From positions 62,001 to 126,000 of the forward strand of contig NIVC01000672.1 in NCBI GenBank assembly GCA_002269645.1: a stretch of 64,000 bases of DNA. The letters are read 5' to 3'. The notes under the pieces are model-generated. The model was not told where the DNA came from and did not search any database. It worked only from the letters and a program-made list of their open reading frames with translations. The translations under genes and the position numbers were made by a program. Source of the DNA: Macrostomum lignano (Eukaryota). Below, piece by piece: positions 38,265 through 48,905 of the stretch (positions are counted from its first letter, which is position 1; each line of letters opens with the position of its first letter).

Positions 38265-40598
38265 TGATGGCTAACTACACTGAAGAGCTACTCCTTCGGA
38301 GAACTCCTTAAGGTGTGCATTTTTAGGAGTGTTGTATAGCACGCTCACACCTAGCACTCCTAGAAAAATTACGTAACATTCCATTCTCCTTGGACTTCAC
38401 TCCTAGCTTGCACTCCTAACGCAACTCCTAAATGAACTCTTTGCTCCTTGTGTTTATTGAACGCAATTCACGATTACTCCTTGACTTAGGACACTCCTCA
38501 CTCCTTACTCCTAGCTCCTGACTCCTTGTTTTATAGCACAGGCCCCTGTACCGGTGTACCGGGGTTGAGGGCATCCAGTCGACGCCGTACCATCCGCAAA
38601 GCCAGGCGTTGGTGGAGAGGTTCCACGGCACTCTCAAGAGACTACTTTTGTTGCTGTTGAGGAGACTACCAGCTCGCGAGAAAAAGAAGTGGGACCAGTA
38701 CCTACCGTATCTGCTGTTCGCCATTCGGGAGGTGCCCAACGAAACAACTGGCTTCTCCCCATTCGAACTGCTGTACGGACGCACTGTGCGGGGACCGCTA
38801 GATCTACTGCGGCAGACCTGGGATGAGCAGCTCTCTGAAGAGAAGAAGGACATCATCTCGTTCGTGCTGGCCCAGAGAGACCGACTGCGGGCTGGCCAGG
38901 AAGCAGCATGGAACAACGAAGAGCTAGCACGGAAGCGTCAGAAACTCTGGTACGACCGGCAGTCGCGGGAACGAGAGTTGCAGCCCGGAGATCAGGTACT
39001 GCTGCTGCTGCCATCGTCATCCAAGAAGCTTCACGCTGAATGGCGCGGTCCCTATGAAGTACTGGAGAGGTGCAGCGATGTGAACTACCGGATCCGGATG
39101 GGCCCTGCGACAAACACGTTTCATGTCAACCTGCTTAAGAAGTACAATTCACGAGAGACGGTTTTGATGCAGCTTCCAGCGGCAGCTACGAGTGCTCCTG
39201 AGTTGTCCGAACATCTGACACCGGCCGAGAGAGATCATCTCCTGCAGCTGGTGCAGGACTTCGCGGGTGTCTTCAGCGAGATCCCGGGCAGGACTGACCT
39301 AGTGGAGCACCGTATCCGGACGACATCTGACCGCGTAGTGCGCATCCGGCCGCGACGGGAGCCGCAGGCGCATCGGCAGGTGCTCCAAGAGGAGATTCAA
39401 CGCATGCTGGACCTCGGGTGATCGAACCATCTGACAGTGACTACTGCTCCCCGGTCTGTCTGGTGACCAAGAAGGACGGCTCAGTCCGTTTCACTGTCAA
39501 CTTCAAGGCGCTGAATGAGCTGGTGGCCTTCGACTCCTATCCGATGAAGAACATCGAGGACCTACTGGAGCGGGTTGCCAAGGCCAAGTTTATATCTAAG
39601 CTAGACTGCTGCAAGGGCTACTGGCAAATTCCACTGTACGAGGATTCAAAGCGATTGACGGCTTTCGCGGCCTGCGGCAACTTGTACCAATTTACTGTGA
39701 TGCCCATGGGCTTAAACTGCAGCAGCGCGACGTACCAGAGGCTCATGGACAAGCTGTTCCAAGGGCTGGACAACGCGGACTCCTACATCGATGACATCGC
39801 CGTGTTTAGCGCGACTTTCGAGCAGCACGTCAAGGACCTGAGGGAAGTATTCGGTCGCCTTAAGGCTGCCGGTCTAACGGTGCAGCCCCGAAAGTGCTAC
39901 CTGGGCGCCGGGCGGCAACTCTGCTGACTACCTGGGTTTCAAGTTCGGCGGAGGCGAGATCGGTACAAGCGAGGACCGAGTGCGGACAATCACGGCGCTG
40001 GCTCAGCCCCGGACCAAGGCTCAGCTGCCATCTGTGCTCGGAGTGCTCAACCACTACCGTCGGTTCGTGCCCGATTACTCAGAAAAGGTGGCGGCCCTGA
40101 CGGACCTCACGAAGAAGTCGGCACCCGATGACCTGACGGCGGCCTGGAGAGAGCAGCAGACGCGAGCCTTCGAGACTGTGAAATCTCTGCTGGCGAGCGA
40201 GCCGGTGCTGCGCGCGCCGGACTACAGTCGGCAGTTCACCTTGGAGACTGACAGCTCGGAGACTGGGATCGGCGCGGTGCTAACGCAAGAGTTCGAGGAC
40301 GGCATCCATCCCGTGCTATTCGTATCTCGGTGGCTGACTTCGGCGGAGCGGAGCTACGCGATGATCGAGAAGGAGTGCCTCACCATGCGCTGGGCGGTCG
40401 AGAAGCTGCGGCACTACCTGCTAGGCCGCCGGTTCGTCATCAAGTCCGACCATAAGCCGCTGCAGTACCTGCAGATGGACCACGCCAACCCACGACTCCA
40501 GCGGTGGGCCTTCTATCTGTCTGGCTATGACTACGAGATCCAGTACCAGCCAGGCGAAAGCAACACGGTGGCCGATGGTCTCAGCAGGATCTGGGCTA

Positions 40599-40690
40599 GT
40601 GACCGACCAAGTGATTTAGTGACCGACCAAGTGATTTAGTGACCGACCAAGTGATTTAGTGACTGACCAAGTGATTTAGAGACTGACTGA
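40599..40690. repeat. 20-bp tandem repeat (gtgaccgaccaagtgattta), about 4 copies, at the pol 3' end
   Basis: Direct reading. Confidence 0.9.
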
Positions 40691-41394
40691 GCGATTTAAC
40701 TTTTATTCAAGTCATTAGTGGCCAAGTTTGTTTTGTAAGACATATCCGAACTTTGCGTGACCCTGCGATTGATTTTTGGCTTGCGATTTTTCCGGCTTCG
40801 ATCTTTTGGTGGAGGGTGTGACGGTGGACTTTTCTTTGTGCCACCCCATTTTTGATAAGTCTATAAATAGACCTGGTGCGCGCCAGAGGGCGATACTTGT
40901 TTTTGTCTTTGTTGCGGCTCAGTCAGGAGCCTTTGGACAATCATCTCATTCTTACTTATTTACAAGAATGACACATTACCCTTCATCTTTTTAGGATTGG
41001 CCTTGACCTTTTGCTTATAAACTGACTACCGTATGATCTATTAGTATATTTATATGGTTTACTCGTGTACTCTGTACAAACCGCTCCGCTCTTGACGGCG
41101 AAATGACGCTCTGACAAAATAAACAGCTTCCAGTTAACGGAATCTTTCTAGTTTTGTTTCGTAATGCTAGATAATTACTTGATATTGTCGTATATCAATT
41201 TTCTGTTTTGGGAAAGAGCCCTTCAGGTAATCGCATGCACATCAGGGGCCTGCTGTGAAGGGGCGCTGAAATTACTGTTAGGGGGCGCCATTATTTTTGT
41301 CACAGTCCCCTAGGCCCCTTATCAATGCTCTGATGTAAGAGCTAATATTTTAATATTGATAAATTTAGATGCAACCTTGCCGATAGGCGAATCC

Positions 41395-41690
41395 GCCTTC
41401 CCTCCGCCTTCACACCTCCTTCACCCTGCCTTCACTCTGCCTTCCCTCTGCCTTCCCTCTGCCCTCCCTCTGCCTTCCCTCTGTCTTCACTCTGCCCTCC
41501 CTCTGCCTTCACTCTGCCTTCACTCTGCCTTCACTCTGCCTTCACTCTGCCTTCCCTCTACCTTAACTCTGCCTTCACTCTGCCTTCCCTCTGCCTTAAC
41601 TCTTTCCTTCACTCTGCCTTAACTCTTTCCTTCACTCTGCCTTAACTCTTTCCTTCACTCTGCCTTCACTCTGCCTTCACTCTGCCTCTT
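41395..41690. repeat. (cttccctctgc/cttcactctgc)n minisatellite
   Basis: Paralog of 19332-19950. Confidence 0.9.
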
Positions 41691-42145
41691 ACAATTCAGG
41701 GGCTTTGGGACTCCCATTGGGACTCCAAAAATAAACCGGGACACCACTTTGTCTGCATAGAGATTTACAACAGGCTCTCTAAATAGAATGAATGGGCGGC
41801 CAAATCCTTGATCCTTGGAGCAGGAGTCGCTCGGCCACCCAGCCCTGAATTCTGAAAGCTGGAAGCAAGTCGCTCAGAAGAGGAAAAGTAACGAGAACTG
41901 AAGTATGCAGTGAGAAGACCTTGAGAAAAGGCAGAAAATAATAAAAACAAAACCGAGCTTCTCAAATCTAATTAGCACTGAAGATTTTATTTGTTCAAAA
42001 AGCCGCTTGAAAAAAGCACTATTTCGGCAATAAGCAATCCAAGGTTCGATTAAAACAGCTTTTAAACTGCTCTTATTAACTTCGTCAGGGGCGTAGGACG
42101 GCCCGATAACGCAGCTTGGGCAGGATGCGACGCTTCCTTCTCACC

Positions 42146-43486
42146 TCACGTCAAATGCTCGCAGAAGTCGCCCAGCGGCAGGACCAGCCGGATGAACACC
42201 AGGCCGTGCTGGTCGGCGTTGCCGCCCGTGGTGCCGCTGCAGCCGCTGCCGGAGCAGAAGGAGCCGCCGCCGCCTCCAGACTGGCTGGTGGTGAACCCGG
42301 CCCCGCCTCCGCTGAAGCCGCCGCCGGCCCCGGCAGCGCCCCAGTTGGGGTTCGTCGTGCCGCCGCCTCCGCCGCCGCCGAACCCGCCGTCGCCGGTGTT
42401 AGAGCCGCCGGCGTTGCCGCCGACCCAGCCTTCAGCCCGACTGCCTCCTCCGTCGCCATCGCTCGGCCCCGCCTGGCGTTCACCGGCTTCCCCAGCCAGC
42501 CGGCGCCGCAGCCGCCGTGGTTGTGGCTGGTGGGCATGGCGCTCGGGTTGTTGAAGCCCGGCTGTCCGTTGCTGCCTCCGTAGCTCTTGGGGCTCGTGCT
42601 TGGCGCTGTGTCATCTGTTCCATTCGGGCCGGCTTCGCCCAGCAGGCCTGAAACAAATCAAAATTTGCTCTGCACCACTCAAGCGGCAATGATGATGCTC
42701 ACGTTCGATCACTGTTTGAGTTGCTAGAATGACTCACCAGCTGAGCTGTAGGTGCCAGCACCGCCGCCTCCGGCTGCAGCCAGCAGCAGCTCGTCTGCCG
42801 TCCTGTACACGAAGCTGCCGCCGCCTCCACCGCCTCCCTTGTAGTTCGAGCTGGGCGGACCGCCGGCCTGTCCGACCACGACGCTCAGCTGGGTGCCGGC
42901 CGTCAGGTTGAAGGCGCCGGACACGAAGGCGCCGCTGCCGCCAGCCTTGCCTGAGAAGGAGTTGGTGCCGCCTCTGGCGCCCGACACTTCGATCCGGTAG
43001 CAGCCGGTCGAGGGGATCGTCACGGACTGGATGAAGCCGGCCCTGCCCGTGCCGCTGTCTGCAGTGAGAGAGGGCGCCATTTGGACTCTCAAAGCACAGC
43101 CAGAGTGCTCAGATCGCAGTGACATCTAGCCATGAGGTGGAGTGACTCACTTCTCAGCTCAATGGTGACATTCAGCATCCTCTTCCTCATGGTGAAGTTC
43201 TCGGCCGTCCACAGCCTGGCGCCGGGCTCGGAGCCCACGAGTCTCTGCACGTGAGTCCCGGCCGGTCCCGGCGCCTGAGACGCGTTGTTCAGCAGCAGCA
43301 GCTGGCAGACGCTCGAGCTGAGGATGAGCGAAGCCAGCAGGCAGCCGTTCCGCTGGCACGCTGCCAGACACAGCAGCCGCGACTTGACGCCGGTCAGGTT
43401 GACGAGTTCGCTGCTGGAGGCGTTGCCGATCCGGACGGGTCCGGTGTCCAAGGCGAAGAAGCGGCTGGAAATGTCTGGCTGCAAGC
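42146..43486 (-). CDS. PAN/apple-like + glycine-rich protein, copy B (exons 43486-43151, 43058-42738, 42647-42146; 1-nt frameshift at about 42467)
   Basis: Exon 2 is intact (321 nt) but exon 3 is 502 nt versus 503 nt in copy A. The roughly 380 bp upstream region holding the putative signal exon in copy A is absent here. Confidence 0.7.
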
Positions 43487-43496
43487 CTGTGAAATT

Positions 43497-44160
43497 TCTC
43501 TCTGCTGTCTCTCTGCTGTCTCTCTGCTGTCTCTCTGTTGTCTCTCTGCTGTCTCTCTGCTGTCGCTCTGTTGTCTCTCTGCTGTCTCTCTGCTGTCTCT
43601 CTGCTGTCTCTCTGGTGTCTCTCTGCTGTCTCTCTGCTGTCTCTCTGCTGTCTCTCTGGTTTCTCTCTGTTGTCTCTCTGCTGTCTCTCTGCTGTCTCTC
43701 TGGTGTCTCTCTGTTGTCTCTCTGCTGTCTCTCTGCTGTCTCTCTGCTGTCTCTCTGGTGTCTCTCTGTTGTCTCTCTGCTGTCTTTCTGGTGTCTCTCT
43801 GCTGTCTCTCTGGTGTCTCTCTGGTGTCTTTCTGGTGTCCCTCTGCTGTCTCTCTGGTGTCTCTCTGGTGTCTCTCTGTTGTCTTTCTGGTGTCTCTCTG
43901 CTGTCTCTCTGGTGTCTCTCTGCTGTCTCTCTGCTGTCTCTCTGCTGTCTCTCTGCTGTCTCTCTGCTGTCTCTCTGGTGTCTCTCTGGTGTCTCTCTGT
44001 TGTCTCTCTGCTGTCTTTCTGGTGTCTCTCTGCTGTCTCTCTGGTGTCTCTCTGGTGTCTCTCTGTTGTCTTTCTGCTGTCTCTCTGGTTTCTCTCTGTT
44101 GTCTCTCTGCTGTCTCTCTGCTGTCTCTCTGCTGTCTCTCTGCTTTCTGCTGTCTCTCCG
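43497..44160. repeat. 10-bp minisatellite (ctgtctctct/g)n
   Basis: Direct reading. Confidence 0.95.
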
Positions 44161-44571
44161 CTATGCAAGGAGTATTTTTTGAAATCAAGCTCAACCGTCA
44201 TCCTGTTGTAAATCAGATGTGATTTCGCAACTGCAGCTGCTTTTTTTAACTCAGCAGGCATTCTGATCCCAGCGCCGATCAACGACTTCCCCATTCCAAA
44301 CTGTAGAAGCCGCGTGTCGAGCAGAATGGGAAGTTCCGCTTGCCGAACTTTTTGAATTGAAAGCAGCTTTTTTATAGCAAAAAGTTAACAGAGAGAGGGG
44401 GAGCTACCGAACCAAGGAGTGGGATGGGCTTGGACAAAATGCAAAATATTACAAAATACAAAATATACAAAACATTATAATTATACACAAACGTGCTATG
44501 AAAGACTGCTTAAAGAGAACGCAGTGATGTGTTCGGCACTTTTGCGGTGCAAGCCTCATTTCAATTCATTT

Positions 44572-44962
44572 TAATAAGATTTGCTCTGAAAATTACTTTT
44601 TTGTTAGAGGCAGAGGGCTGTGTGCACCCTGGTGCACTTTCAGCGACATTGTCACACAACCGGCGATAGGCACTACTGTCCATTCCGTCGACTCCCTTGA
44701 GAAGGCACACAAGCGCGCGGATACGTTTGCAGTCATGCGCACAGGCATGCATTCACACAGGAGTGTACAGCGGCCCAACTTTATGAATGTTACTTCACTG
44801 TGCCTTGGGGGTTGGCCCACAAGGTCGTTTATTGCACCAGCAGATGCAAACCAAGATTCCAATTTCCAATTCAGCCCCGAAATACTGTGACTGCACTTGA
44901 AATCGAGCCTGTGTCTTCGAGCACATCAGAACGTCGCGCTGGACCACGGGAGTGCGGCCCCT
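44572..44962 (-). mobile_element. SINE-like element, duplicate of 23150-23540
   Basis: Essentially identical at an offset of 21422 bp. Confidence 0.55.
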
Positions 44963-45705
44963 AAAAAATATCCTATATACTAAATTTTATCTAAAAACAA
45001 GGTACAAGTAAGGTCGCATTTTATTGATCACATAAAAGATTAAAGTCTCCAACGACACTTAGTGCTTTGATTGACCGCTCTGCTTTACATTGAGATGCAA
45101 CAGTAGTGAAGTAAACCAACTGTTTCTGAAGTGTATTCGGATGAGTTTGTCTTTCGACAGCATTTCGGCTCCCAGTGAAGTGCGAAAATCCCTTGGCTCG
45201 GTTGCATCATTGCTCATTGCTCATTGTTTCAGTGGGGTTCTATTTGAAGCCGCTCTGATTTGACTCAAGACATCTTAGAGCATGGTTCTATTTGAACGCT
45301 AATTCTCAAGAGAAGCAGGACATGGTGTCACAAGTCATCGAGCGGTCTTGCATTCGACCTCTGCGATTTGGGACCGAATGCAACCTGAAGGCAAGCACAG
45401 CTCGAGCATTGCATGCGCTGGCGCATTTTCGTGACAAGGACCACTGGAAGATGACGTTACATCTACTTAAGATGATCTACTTAAGTAGTCCTTGTCTCGG
45501 AACTGGACATCGGGTTGTCGAATTCCGCGCATTACCTGTAGTCCGATCATCGACTGCTCGTCTGCCGCGAAATAAAGGGAGGCAAACATGGAAGCATCGA
45601 TCGAATACGCAGATGTTGCACTGATTCAACCCTCTCGGGATTGCGCAGCCGGTCTAGCTGGACGAATTCGCGATCCAGGAAGCGAAGGAAGAGATGGAGT
45701 GCTCA

Positions 45706-45962
45706 AATTCAGCAGGTAGTCAATTCAGCAGGTAATCAATTCAGCAGGTAATCAATTCGGCAGGTAATCAATTCAGCAGGTAATCAATTCAGCAGGTAAT
45801 CAATTCAGCAGGTAATCAATTCAGCAGGTAATCAATTCAGCAGGTAATCAATTCAGCAGGTAATCAATTCGGCAGGTAATCAATTCAGCAAGTAATCAAT
45901 TCAACAGGTAATCAATTCAGCAGGTAATCAATTCAGCAGGTAATCAATTCAGCAGGTAATCA
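45706..45962. repeat. 16-bp minisatellite (aattcagcaggtaatc)n
   Basis: Direct reading. Confidence 0.95.
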
Positions 45963-46594
45963 TTTAATCAGTTACCTGGTCCTCTACAAATTTTCCTGAC
46001 AGGCACTACGGAGCATTCCACCCAGCCAAGTCCACAGTTTCCAGATTTATGAATAAAAACAGACAATAATCGTTCCTTTTCCTATTTCGTCTGTGTAGTT
46101 TTGAGTGTTGGTGGCCCCCATTGGACCGTTTGATCTTTTTTACTTGTGTTTGTGTATGTGGCATGTCCTATTAAATAGTTGCACGATCGACAATTTGGTC
46201 TCACAAAGAGGTCCAGTCCATTTTCTAAATATAGCCTCGCTCACACGCTGATGGGTCCGTGCTAGTCATTTAGTTCCGTGTTCGTGTATTTGTTCTACTA
46301 GCAATTGGACTGACCTCCGGATGTGTTCCGAACAAAAAATTAATTTAGTCAGCCAAAACAGCCGAACTTTGCGCAAAGACTGGCAGCTCTCCTTTGGTCG
46401 TCATTTGAGCGTACGAACTGATTCTGGATATGAAAATCATATATGAAGCATAAAGCATGAATTTTCTAGTGAACAATTTAGCAATGGGATATACTTCGTC
46501 ATTCCACATTGCAGCGGTTCTAGGAAGTGAATCCAGGGACTGAACAAGGAACTGAGTCATACACAGTAAAATACGAGCGTATTAGTTTTATTCA

Positions 46595-47815
46595 TCAGGC
46601 TCGATGTCGCTGCAGCTGCTGCACCTGCTGCTGGAGCTCCTGCACCTGCTGCTGCAGCTGCTCGACGCTCCTCGTCCGCTCGTCCAGTCCGCTCAGCAGA
46701 GTCCGCAGCTGCGAGACGCCTCCGAACCTGTCAGCCAGCTGCTCGAGCTCCATGGTGCTGTGAGCCCAGTTCGCCACGTTGACCTGCAGCTTCTTGAACT
46801 GCTCGAAGACGCTGCCGACTCGCCGCTTCACGTCGACCACATCGCGTCCATCGGTGGCTGTGGCGGCAAGAGCTCCGGCACCGACAGAAGACTGCGGGAC
46901 CGCAGATACTAAAAGTATAAATTTTTTTTTAATATCCGAAAATACGCTCGTAGCAGCTTTTTCTGGTTAACCAATTTACTGATTTGGAAAGCAAATCTCA
47001 CCAGGACTCTGCTGAGCTATCGCTGCCTGCTTCAGTTTCGAGTCCATGAGCTCAAGGTGAGAGTCCATGCTTTCTCTGTAGTGCCTCTCCAGATCGGACC
47101 TGCGCACCATCGCCCTGCAGCCCAGGTGAGAGTACTTGCACTCTACCGGTCTCTCGGGACACTCCGACAGGTGAGCAACATATCCCCGCCTGTCCATCGG
47201 CGTGCTCCGCTCCGAGCAGTGAGGACAGCGAGCTGAGAATCTCGGACAGCACACATCGGACTGCAGATTCCTGTGACTGGTCTCCATTTCGCTGTGTGTG
47301 ACCAGCTGAGAGCACAGGTCGCAGGTCTCCTTCCTGTGGCGACACTCGCTGCTGGTGTGTCGCTGCATGTCCTTCTTCAGGATGAGCTCTTTGCACTGCT
47401 CACAGCGGAGTGAGTGCCAGTCGCAGCTCTGTTGCACATGCTGGTCCATGCGAGCCCATTCGAGTTGGACAGAGCAGCCGGCGTCGCAGTTCGGACAGCG
47501 GACTCGCAGCTTGGCGACCTCGCGTCTCGTCGCCATGTCGGGAAAGCAGGTAGCCTGGCTCACCTCGACCTCGACCTGGCCGCTAGCGTCCTCCTCCGAG
47601 TGGTGGTCTCTGAGTGTACAGGCCTCGGTGTGTCCGGGACAGGGCCGCTTCTCCACCTCGTGCAGCAGGCCGGTGACGCAGGCCTGGCACAGGCGGCACC
47701 CGTGCGGAGTCTGTCGGGCGTTGAAGAGCGGCTTGGAGCAGCTGCTGCACTGCAGGTGAGCCGGCAGATCGGAGACCGGCCGGGCAGCCACGACACTCGA
47801 AGGCAGCTCGGACAT
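46595..47815 (-). CDS. TRAF-like copy 6: RING + ZF + coiled coil (exons 47815-47002, 46908-46595; 375 aa)
   Basis: Donor CCT G|GTGAGA; acceptor cttttag|TA; TGA TGA followed immediately by AATAAA (46587-46592). Confidence 0.9.
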
Positions 47816-48354
47816 GGCGGTTGAAGCAGTGAACTGTTTTCAAACGTTTTCAATTGTCAGTCTTAAATATGTTGCCTTCACTTTACTAGGGTTACTGCTA
47901 ATGCCACAGGGTTCTACCTAAACTCTTCAGTACTGTCTACTGTACTGCAGCTCTTCCTCTGAATAAGGTTGTTCATATCGCGTGCGTTGCTTCCTTGTTA
48001 AAGGCTTCTGTGATTCTGTTTATAGGCTTTATGAGTTACGGTTCTCGTTTTATTACTATTACTCAATTTTCGTTTTTCATTTTTCAATTTACTCACACAT
48101 CACTGACTACTCACCGTTAGTGTAGAAGAAAGCTTTAGTTTTAAGTAGAAGGTTTCATGTTTCAGGAAGAACTTTGATCAATTTCGCTTCTTTTACGTTG
48201 CTGATGTACACTGAGTAGCGTGAGCAGTGCGATGCATTTGTTGGCCATGTACTCACTCAGCTTCTGATAGTTTTTTTTGAGATTGAGCATCTCATTGTAA
48301 TTTCTATAAATAGCTCAGGCAATTTTTATAAACGGCTTGAAGGTAAAACGTAGT

Positions 48355-48905
48355 GAATTCTAGTAATGAATTCTAGTAACCTATTCTAGTAGTCTATGAA
48401 CTCTGGAAATGAATTCTAGTAACCTATTCTAGTAGTCTATGAACTCTGGAAATGAATTCTAGTAACCTATTCTAGTAGTCTATGAACTCTGGAAATGAAT
48501 TCTAGTAACCTATTCTAGTAGTCTATGAACTCTGGAAATGAATTCTAGTAACCTATTCTAGTAGTCTATAAGCTCTAGTAATTAATTCTAGTAACCTATT
48601 CTAGTAGTCTATGAGCTCTAGTAATGAATTCTAGTAACCTATTCTAGTAGTCTATGAGCTCTAGTAACCTATTCTAGTAGTCTATGAGCTCTAGTAACCT
48701 ATTCTAGTAGTCTATGAGCTCTAGTAACCTATTCTAGTAGTCTATGAGCTCTAGTAACCTATTCTAGTAGTCTATGAGCTCTAGTAACCTATTCTAGTAG
48801 TCTATGAGCTCTATTAATTAATTCTAGAAACCTATTCGAGTAGTCTATGAACTCTGGAAATGAATTCTAGTAACCTATTCTAGTAGTCTATGAATTCTAG
48901 TACTG
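48355..48905. repeat. Compound 43-bp/30-bp minisatellite in the intergenic region of a head-to-head pair
   Basis: gaattctagtaacctattctagtagtctatgaactctggaaat and ctagtaacctattctagtagtctatgagct; a single related copy sits at about 27805-27845. Confidence 0.9.

Larger units (their letters stand above)
35317..38545. mobile_element. PIF/Harbinger DNA transposon nested in the integrase
   Basis: 16-bp TIRs gggcttgtgctataaa / tttatagcacaggccc (1 mismatch); CTG TSD at 35314-35316 and 38546-38548; AGGAGT/ACTCCT subterminal repeats; two convergent genes. Confidence 0.93.
34141..40639 (+). pseudogene. pol: pol: protease (DTG at about 34200), integrase (H2C2 at about 34885-35015; core split at 35316/38546), RT (YIDD 39784-39795), RNase H
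   Basis: FLMDTGADRT; AHESAFAGHLG...CDKCQ; IQSDKGTNF and TPYHPQSQALVERFHGTLK; SKLDCCKGYWQ; LETDSSETGIGAVL. Frameshifts near 35075, 39419 and 39900-39960. Confidence 0.88.
32951..40975 (+). mobile_element. Ty3/Gypsy LTR retrotransposon with Gmr1-type domain order gag-PR-IN-RT-RH, defective
   Basis: 159-bp TG...CA LTRs at 32951-33109 and 40817-40975; PBS TGGTGGCAGCGGTG at 33110-33123 (tRNA-Leu-type 3' end, from memory); purine tract ggtggaggg before the 3' LTR; flanks ttaca/ttacc; several stops and frameshifts. Confidence 0.93.
29838..48030 (+). repeat. Segmental duplicate (unit B) of about 15657-27400 (unit A), interrupted by an LTR retrotransposon
   Basis: Same order in both units: TRAF-WD40, ctcaccccgat array, cttccctctgc array, Gly-rich gene, 10-mer array, SINE, 16-mer array, TRAF-CC. 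The empty LTR insertion site is visible at about 18935-18945. Confidence 0.92.

Noticed and set aside
43089-44294. 401-aa ORF with ERQQRDSRETA repeats fused to the PAN domain
   Set aside because: The frame is open only because the 10-bp minisatellite lacks stops. The PAN exon has its own acceptor at 43486, and copy A does not show this fusion.
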